64,000 nt of DNA from Thalia democratica (taxonomy: Eukaryota): the NCBI GenBank assembly GCA_965202585.1, contig OZ241827.1, forward strand, positions 54,374,001-54,438,000. Reading direction: 5' to 3'. Every line of letters begins with the position of its first letter. Position 1 is the stretch's first letter. Below the pieces are notes generated by a model that had not been told where the DNA came from, made no database searches, and saw only the letters and a program-made list of their open reading frames with translations. Shown in pieces: positions 24,330 to 35,235 of this stretch. Made by a program: the position numbers and the translations under genes.

Positions 24330-25480
24330 ATTAAACTTTAATTATTTTAAGAAAATAACTAAGAGTGCTACTAAAAATTAATTAAAACTGATCCTTTTCC
24401 TAAAATAATTAGTTAGTTTTTGAAACAGATTTTTATTATTAACTATTATCTTTCTTAAAATTATTGAAAGAATAAATAATCTTTATTGGTTTTATTCAAT
24501 TTGTTAACATGTAATTTATTTAGTTGCTAGCAGAATAAGTAAATTTTCTTACCTTTTCATAAACTGAAAGTTTTCTATTAACTTAAATATTATAAACCTT
24601 TTTTTAATTAATAGAAAAAGATTATAAAGCTAAAGCAAAAGGTAAATATGTACGAAGGATACAGTTTAAGTACTTACTATGAAAAAAGTGGTGGCGTTGT
24701 ATCGACTCGACAAAACTAAAGGAAATAAACTTGTTTCAAACGTAATTTTTTTTTATCAATTCGCTCTTTAGCGCATAAAGTGGTATAAACTCGAAAGGAG
24801 CTGAGCTAAAAAGTTGTTACTTTTCTATCTAGTTCTTGCAACTTAGTTGCGGTTGCTCGGGATAAGTTCTACCTCTAAACCTTTAGAGATATTTAGGAGC
24901 TGAATGCAGTGAATCCAACCACTTGTGTGGAATCACTTTATAAGTTAACGTTGTACTACTTGTGATAAGTTTAAAAATGAATACGTTTGTTTTAACTAAG
25001 GAACTATTTTTACTCGGTCTTAATTTCTGTCGATTTTAAGTTCTTTGAAGTTAGCACGATTGTTAGTTCAATTAAATTTGTAAGTATTTTGTTTTAATCT
25101 AGTATGTTCGATAATAAATTCAATAACTGCTGATTTAAAACCTTATTTAAAGTAATGCATTTTATATTTAAGTTTGAAAATTTTTTTATTGTGTAATATC
25201 TCACTCAGTTGTTTTTGTAATAGTTTTCATAATAATTTAGTTCTAGATATAGCTAATATATTTAAAGAAAAAGTTTCTTTAACAAACACTCCATTAAGCG
25301 TTTAATGAAGAATTGTTTGTTAAGGAATCCTTGGGCAGGTTTCAGAAAATTGTTCAGATCAAAACAGCTCTGAAGTTGTCAAGCCGAGTATCCATTGGTT
25401 TAAAAATTGTTGCTGATATGACGTTATAAAGACCTTTGCGGGTTTAAAAACTCAATGCAGTACAATACCGAGAAACACTC
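24330..25480 (-). repeat. Long decayed repeat R, copy D (inverted relative to C)
   Basis: CTTTAGCGCATAAAGTGGTATAAAC (about 24766) is the inverse of about 15776-15800. TTGCTCGGGATAAGTTCT matches about 18058. AGTTGCTAGCAGAA matches 17713. Confidence 0.65.
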
Positions 25481-26343
25481 TTGAAAATATTTCAAAACAT
25501 TATTTTTAATAAGTACTTATTTGTATGTATCAAAACCTATTACAATTTAAAAAAATTAGGCCAATTCTATATAATTTTGTTAACTAATATTATTTCATTT
25601 ACACCAGAGAAAAGTTTTTTTTTGCCAAAATGGTATTAAAAAACTGTGCTTAAATTTCTAAAAGCTATTTTGTTATATATATTAACCTATTCAAATAAAA
25701 AATTAAGAATTTGGTACAAATAATCTATTACGTTTACAAAAGTCTCTTATACTAATAGCAACTTTTTAATTATATTACAATAACAAAAAAGATATATTGC
25801 TAATGGTCACATGACTATTCAAATTTATACAGATCAACTTTTTTAAATAAAAAGTCTTATAAAAAATACTGCTTAACAGCTCACAAAATAATTTAAATTT
25901 GAAAAGATAAGAGAACGATTTTGTAGGTTTAGTAAAAAAAATTATAAAAGTAAAAAACATTGACAGAGCTCAGTTGAAGTGTGTTAATCCCATAACACAC
26001 AAAAACATATATCAGTGTTATAAAAGAAGGATACTGAATTATATCTATTTTTATGTATTCCAAAAACCTATTATGTTTGTATATATATTTTACTGTGATA
26101 AAATTATTAATTTTTAATGTCTAAGCATTTAGTCGGCAAGAAATATTTATCAGAACAAATATTTTGAGGGTCAAACTTGTTAGAAAAAGAAGTATTTGCA
26201 GGCCGTGTAACTATTAAATTCATACTATAAAAAAATTAAACATGTTATCAAAGCAAGTTGTACTGGAATTTTTATTTACTAGACATTTATGTGCATTAAA
26301 AATTAAATTAATAGTAAATTTTAAATTACTTGTTTTTATTAAT

Positions 26344-26730
26344 GAGGGTTGCCACTTGTTTTTCAAAAATTTTTTAAGGTTTTCAAAATTTCTTCCAGGT
26401 TTTTAAAAGTACACATTTTTGGGTCTATTTATTGTTTAAAGTTAAGTCTAAGGTAAGAAACTGTGTTATATAGTATAAAAACATTGAAAAGATAACATAA
26501 AGCTACTTTAAATATGTTTAAAAAAAAAAAATTCGATGATGACAAATTTTTTTTATTTATTTGATAGATTTTTTGGGTCATCGAAATTTTACTTCTGAAC
26601 ATCTGAAAATTGTTAAAATTCCAGGTTTTTCCAGGTTTTTTTTTTCAAAATTTCTCATTTTCCAGGTTATTTTTGCCTAAATTGTCGAATTCCAGGTTTT
26701 TCAAGGTTTCCAAGTAAAGTGGCAACCCTG
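26344..26730. mobile_element. 387-bp MITE, (C/G)AGGGTTGCCACTT TIR, 6-bp TSD ATTAAT
   Basis: TIRs at 26344 and ending 26730. ATTAAT on both flanks. TTCCAGGTTTTT subterminal repeats. Homologous to 27685-28071. Confidence 0.8.
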
Positions 26731-27684
26731 ATTAATTAAACCAAGTTGTTTTACAGCTAAGGCATTTGTCGCGAGCTAGATATATTTCTTTTCTGCGAGC
26801 CGAATCCGGCCCACCCCCAGATCAACTTGATAAAAAATTCAAACTGCTGAAAAGTCAATGAAGCTTTTTGCTTATAATAGTGGAATAGCATTATCAGAAC
26901 TAAAATAAAGCTGTCTTTAGCAGACTGTGCAAAAATAACCTGGTAAAAGTTGATTTGTTCATTTTTTGGTTGTTTTCACTTTATTAATTTGATCTTTAAG
27001 TTTTACTATTTTAAGCTTAAAAAAACATAAGTCAGTTATTCGAAGAAAAAACAAAATTGTTCTCAAAATAAATTATTTAAAGGTAGGCTTACATAAACTT
27101 AATTACTATAAAACTCGTTTTATTTCGTACTAAGTACTTCTGTCAAACAAATAAACACTTTAACAATATTTCTATGCTAATGTAGACGGCAATTTACTAC
27201 TTTTGGGAATGATTATGTTCTACTTTTAACAGCTAAACATAAAAATCTTATTTAATAGTATCAAATGTTAAACGACATTCTATTAGCAATACAGCAGTTG
27301 TTTTTTATTAAGTTTTGGTGATATAAGTAAGAAAAAAATCAACGTGTACGCGACCTAATTTTCTTTGTTAGTGAACAACAGTAGCTAAACGCCAGTTAGT
27401 TGGCTTTATATACTTAGAGATAACTCATCTCTTTTTTAATTTGTGCTAACTTTTAGGTTGCCTTAGTACTAACACATAGAAGTAACTTTGCACTTTGAAA
27501 ATTAACTTTCAACGAAGAAGGTTTCAATGCTGAAGCAAAGCATATTTTTCAATTATATATTTTATATTAGCGTTAAATCAATACTAGCTTGGATTAAAAA
27601 GTATATACACTATACGAGGTTTTTAAACTCTCTAAATATATAGGTGTTTAAAACAAAGTTGAAAACAATTGGAAAACTAAAAAA

Positions 27685-28071
27685 CAGGGTTGCCAAATGC
27701 TTATAGCAGTTTTTCTCTAGGTATTCAAAATTTCCTCCAGATTTTAAAAAATACACATTTTAGGGTCTTTTTTAAGTCTAAAATTAAGCTTAAGGTACAA
27801 AATAGTATAAAAACAGTGAAAAGATACTATAAAGCTACTTTAAACGCGTTATAAAAAAATGTTTGATGATGACAAAAATGTTTTGTTTATATGATAGATT
27901 TTTTGAGTCAAACCGAAATTTTACTACTAAACATGTGAAAATTCCAGGTTTTTCCAGGTTTCAGTTGTGACAATCCAGGTGTTTTTTCAAAATTTCTCAA
28001 ATTCCAGGTTTTTTAGCCTAAGTTGTTAAATTCAAGGCTTTTCCAGGTTTCAAGGTTTTTTAGCAACCCTG
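27685..28071. mobile_element. 387-bp MITE, second full copy, flanked by AAAAAA
   Basis: CAGGGTTGCCA…TAGCAACCCTG. Same length and internal sequence blocks as 26344-26730. A6 on both sides. Confidence 0.8.
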
Positions 28072-28244
28072 AAAAAACCTGCAGTGTCTTTACAAGCTCA
28101 TTTAAAAATAATATTTAGTTTATATTTAAATGATTCTTTAAGTTTTACTTCAGTAAATTTTACTACATAATAATGGGCTAAAACTCAGAAAGCATTATTA
28201 AATTTTTAAAATTCCAAAAAAGTTTTATACTTTTTATCTACTTA

Positions 28245-28266
28245 ATATATATATATATATATATAT
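28245..28266. repeat. (TA)n microsatellite
   Basis: Run of TA dinucleotides. Confidence 0.9.
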
Positions 28267-28510
28267 GTATGACTTAACAACCGAATTTTTTTTTAGTGCA
28301 TCAGGTCCTACGACAAATTAGTTTGAGTGATTTTTTGTAGTTCAATAAACAGTATATATATGTAGATAAAATGTGTTCAATAACATACTGTAATACTTAA
28401 CTTATATATACATATCGAAATATATAGAAAACACATCATTTTTACTAGGTCATTTATTCAGAAAACACGCCTAGTGAAAACCTTAAGTACTTAATAAAAT
28501 TATAAGTGTC

Positions 28511-28876
28511 TTACTTAGTAAGAATGAGTTTGACTACTGCAACAATGCATACAAACTTTACCACTCCTTCAAAACTAATTTCATTAAAGTTGAATGAATC
28601 ACTATTGATGCAAATCTGAGTGCCTTTTTTAACACTTTGCATTTTTTGGAGCTTCTTTTCCATTTGTTTGTGGACATTCTCAGCAGCCACTAAACTCACT
28701 TCAGCTTTTTGTTGTGACTCCTTGGCTTTCTGCAGTTCAACTTTCATTGCTTCAAGTTGATCTGTCAACATCTCAACCTCAGTTTTGGCACGTGATACTT
28801 CATCAGGTGACACTACAACACCGCAGTTTTCATTGTCACTACCAGATACTTCGTGTCCAAACTCATAAACTGGCAT
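28511..28876 (-). CDS. Small coiled-coil protein with C-terminal hydrophobic tail (paralog of 4186-4554)
   Basis: 121-aa single-exon ORF with EVSRAKTEVEMLTDQLEAMKVELQKAK core. C-terminus VVKFVCIVAVVKLILTK. Confidence 0.8.
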   Translation of the reverse strand: MPVYEFGHEVSGSDNENCGVVVSPDEVSRAKTEVEMLTDQLEAMKVELQKAKESQQKAEVSLVAAENVHKQMEKKLQKMQSVKKGTQICINSDSFNFNEISFEGVVKFVCIVAVVKLILTK

Positions 28877-31800
28877 TTTTATGTTCTATTAACTATAAAA
28901 AGTGTTTAAACTAATTTAATACAATATAAAACACTCTTAAGAAAAGGTTGCTTTATAACTTTACATTAGGTATCAATTTGCTGTGCAAAATCAATATTAA
29001 CTAAAAACTTTGAGGTGAAGATTTTCTTTATATTTTTGGAGCATATTAGTAATAATAATATGTTTAAGGTGTCCTTAAAAAAGTATTTGTTTTATCATTA
29101 GTTTAATTTTCAGAATTATTTATCACTTAACAAACCCACAACAATGTGTTTTAATATATAAAATAATCGTGTTTTATCATGAATAGTAAATATTATAAAA
29201 AGTAATATTATAAAAATATAAAGATCTCTATACATACTCAAAAATAAAAAACACTAAATATTACTTATATTTTTAGCAACTAACTAAGAAAAAAAAAATT
29301 ATACAGAAAACACCACCTTTAAGACTTCTTTTTATAATCAAGAATAAGACTAATTGAAATTTGTAAACTACACCAATAATTCAACTTGAATTATTAATCA
29401 TTACTAAAAATTATCAAAAAAATTAGTTTTAAAGTTGCTAATATTTTAAAATGAAAAAAAAAATTATTGCCTTCAAAATATTACTTTTAAAAGTTTGAAG
29501 ATTTTTTTTTTGACATTTTTTCAGTAAATCTATACTCATCCCTTTAGCCTTGAAAATGTGAGGTTTCTCTTAGGTTTTTGAGCTATATGACCCTCTATTT
29601 ACTTCTCCCTCTATATACTAAGATTTCTCAAAAGCTCCCTTTAGTTTTCCAAAATTATTTAACAGATTAGAAAATTTTAAGATACTAAGTTATTTAAGTT
29701 TTCAAGTAATTTATTAGATTTTCTAGAAACTCTATTCTATACCATATCTAAGATTAATGGTAACAAATATAAGCTTATATGTAGATATTTTGAGAATTTT
29801 TGTACAGTTTAATCAGGTCTTAATTTAAAGGTAAATCTATGAAAAACTTTTTGTTTGAAAATACACAAATAAAAAGTAGTTTATCTAATTTCCAAAGTTA
29901 GAGGAACAAAAAACAAAGCAATTTCAATTTTTAAAACAAGAAGTCCCTTTCTATCCAAAAATACTTGCTTTGACTTTCGAACAACCAAAACATTCAACCC
30001 ACTGTTCATTGTACAATATTTTTACTTTTAATAATATTATTTTTTGAATTTAAGCTCTGTGTAAAAATAATATAGGACTTTTATTTTTTAGTTTTCAGCT
30101 AATAATGCTAGATGTAATTCAATTGTGACAAGTTGTGTTTAGACTTATTTTCAAAGTGAAATTGTGAAGTAATCAGCGTTTACTTTTGAATTACAATTGT
30201 AAATTCTAAGTTAATGTTTCTTAAGTATCAAAAAAAGCTATACTAACATTCTTAAACTCTTAAAGGTATAATGCCAGCTTGAGTGACCATAAACTAGATT
30301 GAGTTGAACCAGGCTAGACTGAGTTGACCTGGATTTTGAAGAAGAACTTAAAACAATTTTGCAAAGAAAGAAGTTATTTCTAATAAATCTTAAATATCTA
30401 AAACACCAAAATAATAATTCAAAGAACTTGGTAAATTAACAATTAAAAAAAAGGATTCAAAGTCAAAAAAAGCTAGCTTCAAATACAATAAAAATATCTA
30501 AGCAAGCCGGAGTTTTATAAAAAAAATATCAGTAAGCCTGATTCAGTTTGAGTTTTTCAAACTTCTCATACTTGTTTTCTCAAGTTTGTAGTAACTCTGT
30601 TCTAACTCAAATTAAAAAATAAATACTTATTGACTTTCAAACATCTTTTGTTCAGAAAACACCATACAGAAACTATTTATCTCATAAACTTTAATTCTTT
30701 TTATCTTACAAACTTTATTTGTTAAAATTTTAATGTATCTGTTGATATTTTAAAAGTAAGACCAATTAAATTTCAAGTGTGTACTCCCTATGACCATATG
30801 AAATTTCAAGTTTTATAAATAATACTTAAACAAACTTGGTTAAAAGAAACGTTATACGTACAACAAAATCTTGATATAACTTAAACTACATAAAAATACT
30901 GTGTAAAATAAAAACGATTATTTAAGATCAATTACTATTAAAAAATTCCATTAGTTTTATGATATTTTCCCTAACTTTCTAAAATCCAGGACTTTACATG
31001 TTTTTTTTCATATCTTTTAAATTATATTGTCATAGACTTTATTTTACAAATTTTGCTAACTTAGCATCAGTGATGTCCTTGTTTAACTTTTTACTTTATT
31101 TTCCTTTATTTTTATACACCTCAACCTTTTTTTAAATTCATAATTTTATTATACTTAAAACAAATCAAAATTATTCAAACCAATAGTTAAGCTTTTTTTA
31201 TCAAAGCCTATTTGTTAACAACTACTAACACTAAAAATGCTAGCAAGCTAGTAAACTTTTTTTTTTATCAGTGCTGAGCAGTGAGCATCATTATGTTTAA
31301 GCTAACAAATCTAAAAAGTCGCTTCTTTTTAAGCTAAATAATTTAAAGCTACATTTTTCTCACAAAAAAGTTATACGTATGATATTGTGACATTAATATC
31401 TCATTTTATTAAAACAACAGCACTAGAAGGCGTGTTTGACAAATTTCTGTGAGCAAATTGCTAAAACTACTCAAACGTGCAGTTTAAATATAAACATAAA
31501 AGTGTTTGTTCAGTATTCAGAATCCTAGCAAACCAGCTGGTGGGTTGCAAAGAAAGCACAACGGTAGCAATTATTATTATTTTTAAAAAAATTGAAAACG
31601 TGTAAAACTTTTAAACTTAATATTCTATTCTGTTACATAAAAATTAGATATTTTTTTAATAATTATGTTTTTTTCAAATAAATTTAGATTAACAAGAAAA
31701 ACTATGTACTTAAATAGCAAACTATTATAAAACAACCAACATTTCTGTGTTTAATAATAAAATCTTTAAAAGCGAGATAAATCATAGATAATAATTATCT

Positions 31801-32010
31801 AACTGTTACAAAACATGATTGAAAAATACCGGTTAGCGTTTTTCGAAATAAAGAATAAAGTCAATTTACGGAAAACAAAGCAAAATCGATTTTTTTTCAG
31901 GTAGAAGTATCAACTGAAAAAGAAGCAGTTCTTGTAAATATTTTTTTTTAATAGGAAAATAGGATATAAAGCAAGTTTTAAAATTGTATAATGTATGTTT
32001 TAGTTATTGT

Positions 32011-32301
32011 TTTCCTGGATCCAAACGCTGTAAACTGCCAAATCTAGCCACAATTTGCAAAGACTATTAGTTTGAAAAAAAAAAGGGTTTGTTCCAGGTC
32101 TGGCAAAGCTCAATTTAAAAGCAAGCTTTGCAAAAATCAGTAATTTTAATCTAAATCCACGTCTGTTCAAAAGCAGATAGGACCATTTTCTTAAATCAAA
32201 ATCTAGCCTGGACTGGTAATAAATTGTTTTTTCAACTACTATTTTTGTTATATGCAGACCTTGGCAAGTCCTACAGTACCCAGCGTTTGAATCCGGTAGA
32301 A
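32011..32301. mobile_element. Probable MITE with about 20-bp imperfect TIRs
   Basis: TTTCCTGGATCCAAACGCTG at 32011 and CAGCGTTTGAATCCGGTAGAA at 32281. Internal short repeats (AATCTAGCC, TGGCAA). No TSD recognised. Confidence 0.5.
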
Positions 32302-32581
32302 GACTAGTTTAATTTCTTTTAGTTAAAATCTTCATGTTTTACTTTAATTCAATCAACGTAAAATTATGGTGAGAATTTATATAACAAAAGTTATAAAGCT
32401 CTTTTAACTCAACTAGTAGGTAAAAATAACTTTTATAAACATAACTTATGATTGAAACTTAATGGTACTTGTTTTTCATTGATACAAGAGAGTTGACTTT
32501 TGATAATATTATTGTTTATTCATCGATAAAAAAAATCGCTGAAAAGTTTGGTCTAATGACGTGGTGTACAGAAAAACACAG

Positions 32582-33488
32582 TATAATTGGTAGTTTCAAT
32601 TAAAGGTTTATCTATTTTGCACTATTTAAGCAGAAATCAAAGCTCCGGGCCTCAATAACTTTTCGGTTATCGAGTCGTCCACCAAATAAAATATACAACT
32701 CGTTTATTTTATTAATTAAAATAAATAGATTCAAACTAAAACCCGTTAGTTTAAAACATTTTTTTTTAATGACCTATAATTGATTTAAAAACTTGTATTG
32801 TCTTTAGTAAACACTTTTAGATACTACTATGGTTTTAACATGAAGTTAGAATAGTTAAAGTGGTAAAGTGGAATAATGTGAGTAAACATTTTAGATTATA
32901 AGAATAAAATAGTTAGTGATTATCTAAGCTAAAAAGATTTTATTTTATTGTCATATTGCAAATAACTTTAATCTTGTAACCTTAAATACTTTAACAAAAC
33001 TATTTTCACATTTGCTCAATAACTTTTAAGATCAGCAAATAAAAATAAGAAAAATTATTAATAAATATTTTTTGTATTGAAGATTATAATACTACAAAAG
33101 TTAAAAATAATAAACCTTGTTAAAACATTTAAGTATTAAAAAACCACTTTTAATAAAATATTAAAATATTGAAGTTTAAAAAGATGTTTTTGACACACAA
33201 AGGTGTTGCTACTTAATTATATGTTTTACTTATGTTTTTGAAATTGTGTGTCTTGACTCTTGTGTAACGTATTGTATATTTTCACATTTTACCAATTTTA
33301 AACATATGCTACTTGGCTTTCAATATTCTCAAGTATATAGAATGTTTCCTGTGTTTTGTAAAATAACTTGTTTCAGAGTGTTCCAGTTTAGTAATTATAA
33401 TTGGTAGTTTCAACTGAAGGTTTATTTGTTTTGCACTATTTAAGTAGAAATCAAAGCTTTGTGGCCTCAACAACTTTTCATTTATCTA
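32582..33488. repeat. Pair of about 90-bp diverged direct repeats (32582-32670, 33397-33488)
   Basis: TATAATTGGTAGTTT…TTTTGCACTATTTAAG.AGAAATCAAAGCT…GGCCTCAA is present twice. Confidence 0.75.
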
Positions 33489-35235
33489 AATTCAATTGGT
33501 TAAACCGTAATACATGGAACATAAAAAATCAAAACAATGCTCTATACCTACTTAAAGAAGTTTTTAAAGGAGTACCAAATGTTTTTTTGATCAAAGGTAA
33601 CAAACTTTTGTTATTAAACAAACACGTAGATTAAAATAAAGTTAGCAACTAGTTCTCACACTGTAAAATCTAAAACGAAGTACACATACTAAAATAAAGT
33701 AGCATGCAAACTTGACCTGCGAAAATAAAACTCTTAACTTGCACTAGATATTTAAGAATTTGAAAAGAAGACCATAAAAAAAAGACTTGTACTATTTACG
33801 GGATATTTGAAATTTATGCTAGGTATTTGGGGTCTTTAAAACTAAAACTACACTGCGGCCAGCGAATATTTTTATTTTCTAAATTTTGCTTGCAACTACC
33901 AAATGCCTGCAGTGCCGACCCTAGTTGCCATATGATAAGCTTTTGTAAACCTAGCTGTTTAGTGGAAATAGTTTCTTTTACCATCATGCTTTTTTTCTTG
34001 TCGAAATATTAGCAAAAATATTTTCTAGGTATAAGGTCTTTAAGTTATAACGATAAACATTTAAGAAACCACAGGATGTGGTATGGTGTAAGAGGGTGGA
34101 ACATTTTCGCTTAAAACTAAAAACATTTAATACAAATAGTATAAATATCAGTAAAGTTCAGTAACTTTCCACAAAAACAATACAGAAAAATAAATAAATT
34201 TTCTATTGTGTTTATCCCTTTAAATTAACTAGTGATTTCTTCATTTTCCTAATTCTAGTGTTAGTTAGTTTTATCTCCCTACGCCTCCCACCTAACAGAC
34301 TTTAAATTTACTTTTAATAATTTTGTACAAATTTGTTTGTATGTACTAAGTTATCGCCTTTTAAATCAAGCAAATAAGTTTAAACTTATTGGTGAGTTTT
34401 TTAAAATTCTAACTTTGTTTAATATTTTATTTATGTTTATTTTTGTTGATATATTTCATCTTTATTTCGTCTTTATTTTCATTTTTCTCATTGTATGTCC
34501 TTTTAAAGTGGCTTAGTTGATGCCTGAGTCCAACATTGCACAATCAACAATATGATAATAAAAACAAACAAACATTTGACCAGAAGTTAGAAATATGTTG
34601 CAGATGGCAGCTTTGTTGTGTAAGCTTTAAATAAATATTTGTTTTAATAATTTATGTTTAGACAAGCAAAACATGAAATATGATAACGAAAAAGCTAATA
34701 AAGAAAAAATATAAACAAAGCAGCTAATGAAGTATTTGTTACCAATACTAATCATTTTAATGTAGTTTTTTAATAAAAAACTCTAAAATTTATTAGAAAA
34801 TTAATATAATATGGTTAAAAATAGATAGACTTTTTTATTCTGTAAAACAACGAGTTTACAAGTTAAATGAAAACAAAAAAAGCAAAATTTAAACCACTAA
34901 GACTATAATTAAAATGCTCGTAATATACCTAAAGTGCTGTATAAATATTTCATAGCAAATAAAGCTCAGAAAATCTAAATATATAGTAAAAATTTGTATT
35001 GAAATACGAAGTTTATCCTAAAATTCATCTTAGTTAATAAATGAATATATTTGCACTTTTGTAGAGTTTTAAACCAAAAAAATCATACAATTTCTAAAAA
35101 AAAAAATTAAGTATAAAAATTTATTAAAAACCGTCACCAAAAAGATTATTACATCATCTCATTATTTTCGTACGATTTTACAAAAAATAATTTTTATACA
35201 CTTTCATACAAGTACATCTTACAAAGATTTACAAA

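Noticed and set aside
15150-25480. Claim that the TPMT core has demonstrably flipped between fixed left and right repeats
   Set aside because: By eye, A resembles both C and D in different segments, so the copy relationships cannot be resolved without alignment.
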